Part shown: positions 1 through 12,935 of the stretch, piece after piece | How positions within the stretch are numbered: position 1 is the first letter of the stretch | Layout of the letters: each line of letters starts with the position of its first letter | From: Felis catus | Taxonomy: Eukaryota | Assembly (NCBI RefSeq): GCF_018350175.1 | Contig: NC_058368.1 | Coordinates: 185,258,001 to 185,322,000 of the forward strand | Direction of reading: 5' to 3' | DNA length: 64,000 nucleotides | Notes under the pieces: generated by a model | Database searches by the model: none | Told to the model about the DNA's origin: nothing | The model's input: only the letters and a program-made list of their open reading frames with translations | Program-made: the position numbers and the translations under genes

Positions 1-470
1 AGCTAACTATACGGTTATAATGTGTAGCTAGTTTCAAACCTGTGTGTATACTATCCAGAGTCTTCATTTATATTTACGACATCTTTGAAAAAATGGAGGT
101 CCATGTGTGTGTTTTATTTGGCCTATTTTTTTTAATGTTTGAGCCAACATTTGAAAATTGAAAGATTGCATGTAAAAATCTAGACTTGCATCTTCCCTTG
201 AAAAATGAGGTCTGGCCATTGTGTCTTTATTCCCAGTGGAACTATCAGTGGCAGAATTACTCTTTGATCCATTTAGTTAAGACAAGCCCTCTGTAATTGT
301 TATAGACTCTATTTTTCTATATTGTAGCCCTGAGTCCAATAATATGTCAAAAGCAGTGACCATTTCTTCCATATTGTTGGTTTTCTTACAACAGAGAAAT
401 GTTTGTACCTACAAAAATGATGGATTGATCTAGAGGGTGGGGATTTTCAGAGAATGGGAGAATATACTCT

Positions 471-692
471 TTTTTTTCTTCCAGGTTTATTGAGATATGA
501 TTGACATATAACATTATATAAGTTCAAGGTGTACAGTGTGTGGTTTTATGCACTTCTGTATTGCCAAATGATCACACCATGGCATTAGCTAACACCTCCA
601 TCACATCACATAATTAACTTCTCTTTTTTGGTGTAAGAACATTTAAGATTGTAATTAATAATACTCAATTACATACTTGAAAGTTGTTAGGA
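471..692 (-). mobile_element. Short L1 3' end (L1MA9-like) with inverted 5' part
   Basis: Poly-T followed by L1 3'UTR antisense at 471-650, then the upstream L1 piece in sense orientation at 651-692. TSD gagaat(a/g)tactct at 458-470 and 693-705. Confidence 0.8.
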
Positions 693-829
693 GAGAATGT
701 ACTCTGAACTGTAGAGGCAAAGAACATTTCTTCTCATTTAATATGCAAGTGCCACACCTAATTTATTCATTTATTTTACTTGACTCCTGGGAGCATTTGA
801 GTTTATGAAACTTGTACTGAACAATTTGG

Positions 830-1190
830 TTTTCTGTGTAATTTGGGAAAATTTTCTCCGAGGTTCCTTTTCCTCATGTTAAGAATGGAGATTTTGGGGC
901 ACCTGGCTGGCTCAGTTGGTTAAGCGACAGTCTATTGATTTCAGCTCAGGTCATGATCTCACATCATGAGCTTGATCTCTGTTTGGGATCCACACCCAGT
1001 GTGGAGACTGCTTAAGATTCTCTCTCTCCCACCCCTGCCCCTTCCACACTTGTTCTTTCTCTCTCTCTCTGTGTCTCACAAACAAACAAACAAACAAACA
1101 AGAATGGAGCTTTTATGGCAGGATTAAATAATATAACCTATTAAAAACAATTTAGTATAATACCTGGCATCTGGTAGTTGCTCAAAAAGA
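830..1190 (+). mobile_element. MIR remnant interrupted by a Can-SINE
   Basis: tgtgtaatttgggaaaatt..tttcctcat before the SINE; ggattaaat..cctggcatctggtagttgctcaa after it. Confidence 0.55.
896..1100 (+). mobile_element. Can-SINE (older subfamily)
   Basis: ggggcacctggctggctcag head, CT-rich region, (AAAC)n tail. TSD aagaatggag(a/c)tttt at 881-895 and 1100-1114. Confidence 0.95.
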
Positions 1191-2199
1191 GAAGCCTGTG
1201 GTCTCTTAATCATTCTTCTTCATGTATGAATCTGGCCTACATTACTGTAGTGCAAATATTAACAGACTGCTTTATTCTTTTTATGTCAATGGCTTTGCTG
1301 TATATATCATTTGCAAACTATTACCTGCTTGATCTTGTGCTTCGTTGGCCTATAGATAGTGCCTCTCAAATCTGAGGGCTATAAAGGGAAAAGTAATTAG
1401 TACCATGTAGATGGGATTTCAGTGGGCCAAAACTTCCGTGGTATGAAAGAAATCAAGCAGCGGTGTCTGTTTCCTAGAGCCACCATCCAGGAGAGGAGCT
1501 TTATGACAGAAAGAGGCCAAATTGCACATCTAGAATAAAACGAGTACTGACTGTGGGGAAGAAGAGATACTTTAATTGGTGATGGTCCTGTCAAAGTTTG
1601 TAAGAAGCTGTCACCATGAGAGTGACCCCTCCTAAGGAATGTGAGGTCAAATGAAGGAAGAAAAATAGATCCTTCTCAGTCCTTGCCCTTTTGGGACCTT
1701 TCAGTATATCAGGTGAAATAAGAATTTCATGATAAGAAAGTCAGTCCCAATATCTCTTTAACTTTGGAGGAAAAATAAATTCTCCTTTTTAGTGTCTCTC
1801 TAAAGTTCATGTTTGAACCTAGTCATTCATTGTAGAATCATATAATAGCAAAGTTAGCTGAGAGATATAGAAAAAAAACACATAGATTAAGAAGAAGCCA
1901 AAAAATTGTTGTTTATAGCCATTAGCATATCATGGAATTTGAACGATCATTAAAAGGATTGAATTATAAAACTTAAAAGCAATAAAGAATATTTAATTCT
2001 TTTTGCTGTACAGTGACTTCTCTGAATTTTCCCAGCTGGTTAAATAGACACTGAAAACCAGGTCTTCTAGCTTTCAGAGTAGTGGCCTTTTCACTATACT
2101 GTGCCTTCCCTATTGTCGTTCTTTTTGAGCTGCTGCTCAAAGATCAGATACCAAGTTAACATTAAAAAAAATATAGTGAGAATGGATGCCTATTCGTAG

Positions 2200-2660
2200 T
2201 CTTCTCAGCCCCTTTACCTTATTGAAGACTGCTTCCTTTTTGGGAACAGGTAATGCTTTCTCCATCTACAGGGATCAGAGGGAGCTACTATGTTTGTATA
2301 ATGTGACCCTCACTTTCTAACTGTAACTGATTTGTTGAATGGTGGATATATAAATCAAACAGTCAAATAAAACCATTTAGGGAGAATTTGAAATTGGGAT
2401 TGAAAAAAAGAAAGATCAACCTCTCTTTGATTGGCTGAATATGTAACATAAACTCAGTAGTCTGTGTCTGCCATGTAAACTGAAAAACAGAAAACTGGTT
2501 GCAATGAGGGAGACATTAAAATCATTGCGGAGTAAAGCAGCAATGAGAAAGGGAGAGGTTCTGTATTGTGTTCCATGAGATGCCATTAGATTCTCCTAAT
2601 GGTTTCCCCTTTTGTTTAAAATAATTCCAGAGGATTCTTTCTTTCTTTTTGCATCTTTTG
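2200..2660 (+). mobile_element. Old ERVL-type LTR remnant (LTR16/LTR33-like)
   Basis: Diverged motifs resembling the LTR16 group, e.g. ccatgagatgcc..ttccccttttgtttaa near the end. Confidence 0.4.
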
Positions 2661-2902
2661 TCATTTACTATAATCAAATAAGAGCATATACTTCTCATTT
2701 GATATTTCATGTCTTTGAGGTTTTCCTGATGGCAAGTTGCATCTTTTTTTTTTTCCTCATCAGGGGACTGTATATAATATTGTTTACCATTTATGAAGTG
2801 CTTTATGGGTACCAGGAACTATAATAGGCACAAAGCAACATTATTCACAAGCCTTAGCCTGCAGCGAATGAGATAATATTGACATTTAAAAAGTGCTATT
2901 CT

Positions 2903-3065
2903 GGGAGCGCCTGGGTGGCTCAGTCGGTTAAGCATCTGACTTCAGTCCAGGTCATGGTCTCATGGTTTATGAGTTCGAGCCCTGCGTTGGGCTCTGTGCT
3001 GACAGCTTGGAGCCTAGAGCCTGCTTCAGATTCTGTGTCTCCCTCTCTGCCCCTCCCTAGCTCAT

Positions 3066-3105
<40 letters not shown>

Positions 3106-3130
3106 AGAAGTAAATAAACCTAAAAAAAAT
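2903..3130 (+). mobile_element. Can-SINE
   Basis: gggagcgcctgggtggctcagtcggttaag head, (CT)n, A tail. TSD taaaaagtgctattctg at 2887-2903 and 3131-3147. Confidence 0.97.
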
Positions 3131-3204
3131 TAAAAAGTGCTATTCTGAATGAAGGAACTTGTCCAATATTTCTCATATCATTAATGACAAATTTTATACT
3201 CATG

Positions 3205-3565
3205 TATTGCTTTATAGAATTTCATTAAATGCCTACTATATCTAAGTATTATTCTGACAGAACTGAAGACGCACAAATAAGCAAGACAGACAAATAGGGT
3301 TTCAGTGCTCATGGTTCTACATTCTAATGGTGGATACAGGCAAGAAACAATATAAGTATGAAGCAAGGGTGAAGGATATGAAAACTAAAATGTGGTATAG
3401 GATAAACAAGAGTTATGGGAGATTGGGGACTATTTTAGGTTAAAGTTGTCAGAAAAGTCCCCTTTGAGAAAAAACCTAACTGGATGAAAGAGTGAGTCAA
3501 GCATCGACCTGCAGAAGATAGTTTCTAGGTAAAGGCATTAGCAGGTGCAAAAAAGCTCTTGCTGA
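3205..3565 (-). mobile_element. L2 3' fragment
   Basis: ttcattaaatgcctactat..aagacagacaaa..ctcatggttctacattcta matches the antisense L2 tail. Confidence 0.65.
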
Positions 3566-3779
3566 CAGCTAAACCAATCAATGGAAGGTAAGAAATTCTA
3601 GAAAATATCCATATATCCAAATTTCATATAGTAGAAACAATATATTAAAGAGGTGCTGTACAGATAATAGAAAAAGGGTAGAGTTAGCCATAAGGAAGTT
3701 CATGGACACATGTTTGTTGATATGGAAGGTTGAAGTTGCATCCTTCCATAGACCAACACACAAACATTGGTTCCTGGTG

Positions 3780-4865
3780 ACATTAAATATGCAAAATGTT
3801 ATTTGATATTTTTAGAGAAACATTCTTATTAAACTGGACAGAAAAATTCAAACTAGGAAGGATAAAATTAATAAATTTAAAGATAACTTATATTTTTCAA
3901 AAGATATTATTCTCAAAAGTGGAACCCCAAAACTATATTTGTAATATTTGTGTCTGACATAGGATTAATAGACTATATAGAATACTCCTATAAATCAATA
4001 AAAAGGACAAATCACTAAAAGTGTGATCAAGATAGTGTTTCACAAAAAAGGAAATATGGATGGACAAAAAATATAGGAGTCTACTATCAATAGCATGCAG
4101 AGGGATGAGAATTATAGCCACATGACTTTATTTAATATTTACCAGATTGGTAAAAATTTTAAAAGATATGAAATTATGAAGTGTTGGCAAAGACATGCAA
4201 TGATAGGAACTCTGATGGTGGAAATATAAAATTGAGAAAGTCACTTGAGAAAACAAGTTACTGTTATTGAGTAAAAAAGGCAGATGCATGAACCCCAAGA
4301 ACCAGCATTTCTACACCAAGACTTATACCTTGGAGAAACTTTTACACAAATTTAAGTGATGTTTATTGCAGATATTTTTCTTAATAGAGGAAACAACGCA
4401 TATGTCCATCGTTTAAAAAACTGGATAACTAAATGCTCATTCATGTGTACAATGGCTTTTTATTTAGTGATGGATAATAGGTGGATTTCAAAGACGTAAT
4501 GCTGAGCATCACATGAATGAATGAACAAAAGTTGTGGAAATGTCTATATAAACCTTAAAACTTGCATGACCAAGCTTTTTGATTAGGGATACATCCATGT
4601 GTGTGACAAGTCTAAGGAAATTCAAATGATGGTTAAAAGAAATTTAGTATAGCAGTGACCTCACAGGGGGATCAAGGGGCTCTACTCAGAGAGGAATATC
4701 CAGAGGCCTTTGGAAATAGCTGTAAGGCTCTTTTGCTTAACCTGGGTTCTGGGAGCTAGGTATACTTGTTTGACCATTATTTTAAACCATATATCTAACA
4801 AACTTTAAACATTATATGTCCTATTTTCTATGTATAAAATAGTTCACAATCTCAAATAAATGAAA
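3780..4865 (+). mobile_element. Ancient L1 (L1ME-like) ORF2 end and 3'UTR
   Basis: Degenerate L1 motifs: tgtgtctgacataggattaatag, actcctataaatcaataa, accagattggtaaaaatt, aagtgttggcaaagac. Confidence 0.65.
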
Positions 4866-6074
4866 AAGAATCTCTCACTCATGCCATGATGCTCTGTTTC
4901 TAAAATGCAAACAGAAAGCAGTGATTATTTTCCCACCCTGATACAATTCAAGTTGATTCTATTTCTTTATTTCTTGCTTGGAACATTCTTAAAATCCTTT
5001 TACAGAAAAGCAGTTAATTCTTAATTTATCATTTTATCTCTCTCCTTAAGGCTTTAAAATTTGGTGAAAAAAATATCAATGTCATGTGTGGATATGGGTA
5101 ATTAAATGTGCAACTAAGTAAGTAAAACATAAATTGTTATTGTCAAATACCATTATGGACTTCTCTGTTTACCAAAGAAAACTACTTTTGTTTTATTAGA
5201 TGCTTTAAAAGCCCTTCAGAACATTGATAAATGGCAGATCTATAAAGCATGTTTTAAGTTTTTAATTTTTTTCTGCAGAGATGAACTAGAAAAACTTGTA
5301 TTCTAAGTGCATGAAATTGAAGGTTGAGGGAAGAGATGTGTAGTAAAGGAAAATAATAGAAATTTATGTGCATAATATTCTATTCTTTTCTAAATATTTT
5401 TTTCCTATTCTTCACGGGTGGCTGCTTATTCTTTAACAATACTCCTCAAACATTTTGATCCATTGAGTAAGAAAGAGTTTCTGGCTCCATTTATTCAAAA
5501 CCTTCAACTATTGCCATTTTTAATTTTCCAATAATTACAATTTAGAGCTGATGGAAGCAGAGGAGCAAAAATGAGGACCATTTAGGGAAAAGGCTTAGTT
5601 TTCTGCCCCTTTGCCACATGCCATATGTAACACAAAGAGTGGTAAAGACTGAAGCCGCAGGGGCCCTAGGAACACAATTACTTCTACTGAGTATCTTTTC
5701 TCTTTTTTATTGTGGTTCAGATCAGGGCATCTATTTCTTTTCAACACTAAACACTCTACCTAAAAATATTTAAAAAGTTGTAGTCTAGAAACAGGATGTA
5801 TTGGTTCACATCTTTAAATTTCCTTATATATGTAAGACAGCTTTTAGGATTAATTCATTAAAAAGAGCTGTGAAGCAAGACATGGACCTATAGTCCAGAA
5901 GCCCCGAGTTACACATAAGTCAAACTTTTTGAGATAACTGGTTCCTTTTCTATAGAGACAACCTGCATTTTTCTTTCTAGACTGAGGAGTATTATATTTC
6001 CACCTTTTGCTCTAGAAGCCTAGCACTCAGGGATGTAAAGGGACTTTGGGGGCTTGTACTGTTATCACATTTGG

Positions 6075-6420
6075 TCTTCACTCTATATCCATGATGGTTC
6101 TCTCTGGTTGCCAGCAAATAAAAATGGACTATAATAAGCCTAAGCAAAGTAGACATTTGTTGGAAGGATATAGAATAGCTCAGGGAGTTGAACCAAAGTA
6201 TGATGATATGAACTTTACAAATGACCACAGTCATTCTGAAAGTTTAGGTAGCAGAAGTTGATGGTATCTATGGAGCACTTCTGTTAGATGAATGGATTCA
6301 AAGTTCTTTTAATCTGCGGATCTTTCTGCTTAAGATTTAAATTCTAGGAAGAGGACTTCTGACTTCTTGCTTACTTTTGGCCAGAAGTTGAGTAGGTTTT
6401 GATTTATTTTCCTACTACAT
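6075..6420 (-). mobile_element. Old MaLR (MLT1-type) LTR remnant
   Basis: tctctggttgccagcaaataaaaat..cctaagcaaag..ttgttggaaggata resembles the antisense MLT1 terminus. Confidence 0.4.
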
Positions 6421-7390
6421 TTCTATCCGAAGCAAAGTCAGGATCCTGTGACTTTTTTTTTTTAAGGAAGTAAGTTGTATGAAATTATCATATTGTCACA
6501 ACACTGATTCTAGGGATGCATTGCTTTGGTAACCAACAGTTTGTTTCCTGTATCTGTATCTGTATCTGGTTTTTTGTTTGTTTTGGTTAGTTTGTTTTCT
6601 TTCTCATATTCCATATATAAGTGAAATCTTACAGTATTTGTTTTCTGTCTGACTTATTTCACTTAGCATTATACCCTCTAGGTCCGTCCATATTGTCACA
6701 AATGGTAAGTTTTTATTCTTTTATGACTGAGTAATATTCCATTGCGTATATATACCACAATTTCTTTACCCATTCATCTATCAGTCTATCTGTGCTTAAG
6801 TTGCCTTCATAGTTTGTCTACTGTGAATAATGCTGCAATGAATGTAGGGATGCTTATATCTCTTCGGATGGGTGTTTTCATTTTGTTTAGAAAAAAATCT
6901 AGAAGTTGAATTGCTTGATTGTACGGTAGTTTTATATTTATTTTTTTTGAAGACCCTCCATACTGGTTTCCACAATGACTGTGCCACTTTACACTCCCAC
7001 CAACAGTGTGTGACAGTTCCCTTTTGTCTATGTCCTTACCAATACTTGTTTTTTGTTTTTTTTTTGTCTTTTTCATAATAGTCAATCTGACAAGTGTGAG
7101 GTGATGTTTCATTGTGTTTTTGATTGGCATTTCCCTGATGATGTTGAACATCTTTACATGTGCCTGCTGGCCAACTGTATATCTTCTTTGGAAAATGACT
7201 ATTCAAGTCCTCTGCCTATTTTTCAGTCAGGTTGTTTCTTTGACATTAAGTTGTATAAGTTCTTTATACATGTTGGATATTAACTCTTTATCAAGTGTAT
7301 GATTTGAAAAAAATATCTTCTTCCATTCACTTGGTTGCCTTTTCATTTTGTTGATGGCTTCCTTTACTGCACAAAAGCTTTTCAGTTTCA

Positions 7391-7815
7391 GGGTGCCTGG
7401 GTGGTTCAGTCAGTTGTGACCAACCCTTTGTTTTTTAATTTAAAAACAGTTTTTAAGTAGATTTATTTGTTTCAAAGGAGAGAAAGAACCAGCAGGGAAG
7501 GAGCAGAGAGAGAGGGAGGATAGAGGTTCCAAAGCAGGCTCGCACCAATAGCAGAGAGCCCGATGTGGGGCTCAAACTTACAAACCACAAGATCATCACC
7601 CAAGCCAAAGTCAGACACTTAACCAACTGAGACACCCAGGCACCCTTTGTTTGACTCTTGATTTCAGCCTGGTCATGTCATGTCATGAGATCAAGCTCTG
7701 CATAGGGCTCTGTACTGAGTGTGGAACCTGCTTGGGATTCTCTCTCTCTCCCTCTCTCTCTGCCTTCTCCCCACTTGCTTGTTCTTTCTCAGAATAAATA
7801 AATAAACTTAAAAAA
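7391..7815 (+). mobile_element. Can-SINE split by a nested antisense SINE
   Basis: Head at 7391-7422; body resumes with gactcttgatttcagc at 7653 and runs to an A tail at about 7815. Confidence 0.85.
7434..7645 (-). mobile_element. Can-SINE nested in a Can-SINE
   Basis: Ends ..gacacccaggcaccc. Flanking repeat accctttgttt at 7423-7433 and 7642-7652. Confidence 0.9.
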
Positions 7816-8415
7816 AACTCATTAATTTGATGCAATCCCATTTGTTTGAATTAGCTTTTTTTCCCCCTTAAATGAGGAGACTTGTTCAAGAAAAAAAAAT
7901 ATTGCTAAGACTGATGTCAAAGAGCATACTGCTTGTTTTTTTCTAAGAGTTTTGTGATTTCAGGTTTTAGATTCAAGTCTTTAATCTATTTTGAATTTAT
8001 TTTTGTGTACGGTATAAGATAGTGGTCTAGTTTCATTTTGTTCAGGTAGCTGTCCAATTTTACAAACACAATTGAAGAGACTCTTTTTCCCATTATATAT
8101 TCTTGTCTCCTTTATCATAGATTAATTGATCATACATGAATGGGTTTATTTCTGGGCTCTCTGTTGTATTCCATTGATTTATGTGTCTATTTTCATGTTT
8201 GTACCTTACTGTTTTGATTACTATGGCTTTTGAAATCAGAAAGCGTAATACCTCCAGCTCTGTTCTTTTTCAAGATTGCTTTGGCTATTGTGGGTCTTTT
8301 GTGATTCCATACAAATTTCAAGGTTTTTTGTTCTAGTTTTGTGGAAAATGCCATTGGAATTTTGATGGGATTTGTAATGAATCTGTAGATTGCTTTGGGT
8401 AGTATGGACATTTTA

Positions 8416-8631
8416 CTTTATTTTTTTTAAATGTTTTTAAATTTATTATTGAGAGAGAGAAAGAGTGAACAAGGAGGTGTAGAGAGAGAGAGGGAGACAG
8501 AGAATCCCATGCAGGCTCAGCGTTGTCAGCACAGAGGCTGATATGGCGCTTGAACTCATGAACCGTAAGATCGTGACCTGAAACAAAATCAAGAGTTGGA
8601 TGCTTAACCGACTGAGCTACCCAGGTGCCCC
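8416..8631 (-). mobile_element. Can-SINE in L1
   Basis: Ends ..gagctacccaggtgcccc. Duplication gtatggacatttta at 8402-8415 and 8650-8663. Confidence 0.95.
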
Positions 8632-8936
8632 TGTTTACTAATTTATTTTGTATGGACATTTTAACAATATTGATTCTTCCAACCCATAAACACTATCTTT
8701 CCATTTATTTGTGTCGTCTTCAGTTTCTTTCATTAATGTCTTAGAGTTTTCAGAGTACAGGTCTTTCACCTCTTTGGTTAAACTTATTCGTAGGTACTTT
8801 ATTCTTGGTTTATGCAATTGTATATGTGATTGTTTTCTTAATTTCTCTTTCTGATAACTTGTTGTTAGTGTGTAGAAACACAACCAATTCTGTATGTTAA
8901 TTTATTATGTGACCACTAGATTCACTTATTAGTTCT

Positions 8937-9133
8937 TTTTCTAAAATATTTTTTTAATATTTATTTATTTTTGAGGAGGGGGGCAGAGAGAGAGGGAGAC
9001 ACAGAATCTGAAGCAGGCTCTAGGCTCTGCGCTGTCAGCACAGAACCCAACATGGGGCTCAAACCCATGAACTGTGAGATCATGACCTGAGCCAAAGTCA
9101 GTCACTTAACTGACTGAACCACCCAGGTGACCC
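8937..9133 (-). mobile_element. Can-SINE in L1
   Basis: TSD tcacttatta(g/c)ttct at 8922-8936 and 9134-9148. Confidence 0.95.
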
Positions 9134-9705
9134 TCACTTATTACTTCTAACAGTTTTTTTGGTGAAGTCTTTAGGGTTTATGTATATAATATGTCATCTG
9201 TAAATAGTGACAGTTTTCTTTCCAATTTGGATACTTTTAACTTCTTTTTCTTGCCTAATTACTGTGGCTAGGACTTCCAAATACTGTGTTAAATAAAAGT
9301 AGTGAGTGTGTGCATCCATGTCTTGTTCTTTATCTTAAAGGAAAAGCTTTTGGTTTTTCACCATTGAATATAACGTTGGCCATGGGTTTGTTATATATAG
9401 CCTTTATTAGGTTGAAGTATTTTCTTTTTATACCCACTAAGTTGAAAATCTTTATCATAAATGAATGTTGCATCTTATCAAATGCTTTTTTGACATCTAT
9501 TTATATAATCATGATTTTTCTCCTTTGTTTTGCTAGGGTAGTGTATCATGTTGATTGATTTGCAGATGTTGAACCACGCTTACATCCCTGGAATAAGTTG
9601 CACTTGATCATGGTGTATGATCCTTTTAATGTATTGTTGAATATAATTTGCTAATTTTTGGTGAGGATTTTTGCATCTATGTTCATCACAGATATTGCCC
9701 TGTAA

Positions 9706-9786
9706 TTTTCTTCTCTTTTCTCTTTTCTTTTCTTTTCTTTTCTTTTCTTTTCTTTTCTTTTCTTTTCTTTTCTTTTCTTTTCTTTC
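9706..9786. repeat. (TTTTC)n microsatellite inside L1 ORF2
   Basis: Directly visible pentamer array; it produces the KEKKR repeat in the ORF track. Confidence 0.98.
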
Positions 9787-11430
9787 TATATCCTTATCTG
9801 ATTGTGGTATTGAGATAACACCAGCCTTATAAAATGAGTTTGGAAGCATTCATTCTTCTTCTTCTTCTTCTTTTTTTTTTTTTTTTTTTTTTGGAATAAT
9901 TAGAGGAGAGTAGGTACTAATTCTTTTTAAATGTTAGGTGAAATTCACCTGTGAAGCTATATGGTACTAGACTTTTGTTTTTTGGGAGTTTTAAAATTAC
10001 TAATTCACTTCATGACTTGTAATTGGTCTGTTCAGATTTTTTATTTCTTTGTGATTCAGTCTTGGAAGATTTTGTATTTCTAGGAATTTGTTCATTTCTT
10101 CTAGGTTTTTCAATTTGCTGGCATTCTGTTAGCTGTTCATAATGGTCTGTTATAATTCTTTGTATTTCTTTGGTGTCATTAGTAGCTTATCTTTTATTTC
10201 TGGTTTTAGTTTTTGTCCCCTCTCTCTCTCTTTATTTATTTTTTTTGAAGATTTTGGCTAGAGGTTTATTGATACTGTTTATCTTTTCAAAGAACCAGCC
10301 TTAGTTTTGTTGATCTTTAAAAAAATTTTTTAAGTCTCTTTCATTTATTTCCATTCTTATTTCCTTCCTTCTGCTAACTTTGGTCTTTGCTCTTCTTTTG
10401 CTAGTTCCTTTAGGTGTAGTGTTAGATTATTTATTTGGTATTTTTCTTATTTCTTGAAGTAGACCTATATCACTATGAAGTTCACTCCTAGAACTGCTTT
10501 TGCTGCATCCCATAATTTTGGAAAGTTCTGTTTCCTTTTTCATTTGTCTCAAGGAATTTTAAAATTTTCTTCATTGACCCACTGGTTGTTTAATACCATG
10601 TTTAATTCCATTAATTTGTGTTTTTTACAGTTTTATTCTTATAATTTATTTCTGGTTTTATATTGTTGTGGTCAGAAAAGATGCTTGATATGATTTAAGT
10701 ATTCTTGGATTTATTAATACTTATTTAGTGACCTAACATGTGATCTCTCCTGGAGAATATTCCATGTGTACTTGAGAAGAAAGTGTATTCAGCGGTTGTT
10801 AGAGAACGTTCTATATATATCTATTAAGCCCATTTGGTCTAATGTTTAAGGCCAATGTTTCCTTACTGATTTTCTGTTTGGATGATCTATCCACTGATAT
10901 AACCAGGATGTTAAAAGTTCCCTACTGTTATTGTATTACTGTCAATTTCTCCCTTTCTGTCTGCTAATATTTCCTTTATATAGTTAAGTGCTTTATATAG
11001 CTATATTTGGTACATGACTATTTACAAATGTTATAACCTGTTGTTGGATTGCTCCCTTCATCATTATGTAATATGCCTCTTTTGTTACAGTGATTGTTTG
11101 AAAGTATATTTTGTCTTAAATGAGTATTACTATCACAGCTTTCATACTTATTTCTACTTGCATGGAATATCTTTTTCTATCACTTCTCTTTCAGTCTTTG
11201 TGTGCCTTTAGATCTGAAGCGAATCTTTTGTTGGATCTTGTACTTCTATCCATTCAGCCATCCTGCATCTTTTGATTGGAGCATTTAGTCTATTCACTTT
11301 TTAAGTAATTATTGATAGGGATGTATTTATTGCCATTTTAATTGTTTTCTGGTTGTTTTTATGAAACAATTAATTGCTCTAGAGTCTGAGTTTTAATTTT
11401 GCAAAGTCTCAAGAACCCATGATACTCCCT

Positions 11431-11950
11431 TGTGGTGATAATTGTAAGTTGTCTACTTAATATCCATTTTGTCTTTCATTAGTCCAAAGAATTATGGAGA
11501 TAGGTAAGGGCCCTGCTCAAAAAACAAACCAAACTCCTGCAATTCCCAGCCCCTCCTGCAGATAAAAATGACTAATTACATGTAAACAGAAGTGATTTGG
11601 TAGAGATTTCAGAAAAAATAAAATTTATAAAGGGAGTATCTTCTCAGGGAGAGGCACACTATCTGTCCTTGCCCCTTTTCTTTTCTTCCTGGCTGCTTTG
11701 GGGACATGATGACTGCAGCTGCATCTGCTCTCTTTTGATTGAAATAACTTTGAGAATAAAACCACATGTTAAGGAAAATGCGACAGTAAGAAGGAGGGAG
11801 CTTAAGAAAATGAGAAAATTGTACATCTTCCATACCAACCCTGGTTGGCCTATCTCTTTGTGTACTTCCATAATAAAAGTAAATAAAACTTTATCTTGTT
11901 CAAGCAACTATAATTTCAGGCCTCTGATTTGGCAGCTGAATGCAATTCCA
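11431..11950 (+). mobile_element. Solo ERVL/MaLR-type LTR (LTR16/LTR33/MLT1-like)
   Basis: Starts tgtggt and ends aataaaactttatcttgttcaagcaact..gcagctgaatgcaattcc, the typical terminus of this LTR group. Confidence 0.6.
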
Positions 11951-12194
11951 GGTTCGCATGATATTCTTAATAGTTTATGTACCTTCTTGGTGTGATTTTC
12001 ACTAAACTTTTTAAGCCTATGGGAAGATTGTGGGAAGGCCAAACCACACAAAGCAAAAGTGAAAGTTAGTGAGGTGCAGAAGTAAATGAGACAAAGAAAT
12101 GCAGAGTAAGGACAAAAATTATGAGAACAATTGAGAATTTTAAGAGCACCTCCTGGGAATATCTGGTTTCATTAATATGATAACTGAATAGGCA

Positions 12195-12935
12195 ACCCTC
12201 TTAGCAAATAAATGTTAAGCATACAATGTAGTATGATTATCTTACAGGCACTGTGCTGTATAGAGTAGATCTCCAGAACTTACTTATCTTCCATGGCTGA
12301 CACTTTGCTTTGTTTTGTCTTTTTTTAAGTTTTTTTTTATTTATTTTGAGATTGAGAGAAAGAGAGAGAGGGGCAGAGAGAACATCACAAGCAGGGTCCA
12401 TGCTTAGTGCAGAGCCTTACATGGGGCTCGATCTCACAAAGTGTGAGATCATGACCTGAGCCAAAATCAAGAGTCCAGCACTTAACTGACTGAGCCACCC
12501 ATGTACCCCATGGCTGACACTATGTAACCTTTGACCATCACCACTTCATTTTCCCTCCCCTCATCCTGGCAACCACCATTGTACTCTCTGCTTCTATGCA
12601 TTTGACTATTTTAGATTCCACGTATAAGTGGTATCATATAGTATTTGTTTTTTCTGTGTCTAGCTTATTTCACTTAGTATAATGTCCTCCAGGTCTATCA
12701 ATGCAGATCTTATGTTAAGTGCTCTTACCATACATAGATAATACAAATATAAATACCAATAATAATAATAAAAGAAGGTAATAAGTTTGGGGGTTCATGG
12801 ATATGTTTATGGCCTTGATGGTGGTGATGGTTTCATTGTGTATACTTATCCCCATACTCATAAGACTTGGATACATTAAATATGTACAGATTTTTAAATG
12901 TCAATTACACCTTAATAAAGTGGCTTAAAAAATAA
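12195..12935. mobile_element. L1 3' end (L1MA/MB-like) with 5' inversion
   Basis: Antisense 3'UTR at 12195-12703, then sense agatcttatgttaagtg..aataaagtggcttaaaaaataaa at 12705-12935. Confidence 0.85.
12305..12509 (-). mobile_element. Can-SINE in L1
   Basis: TSD ccatggctgacact at 12291-12304 and 12508-12521. Confidence 0.95.

Larger units (their letters stand above)
6523..11360 (-). mobile_element. Decayed L1: 3'UTR and most of ORF2, interrupted by SINEs
   Basis: Minus-strand ORF2-like peptides [45 protein letters not shown]. Many stops and frameshifts. Confidence 0.95.

Noticed and set aside
9580..9849. KEKKR-repeat ORF
   Set aside because: (TTTTC)n microsatellite inside dead L1 ORF2.
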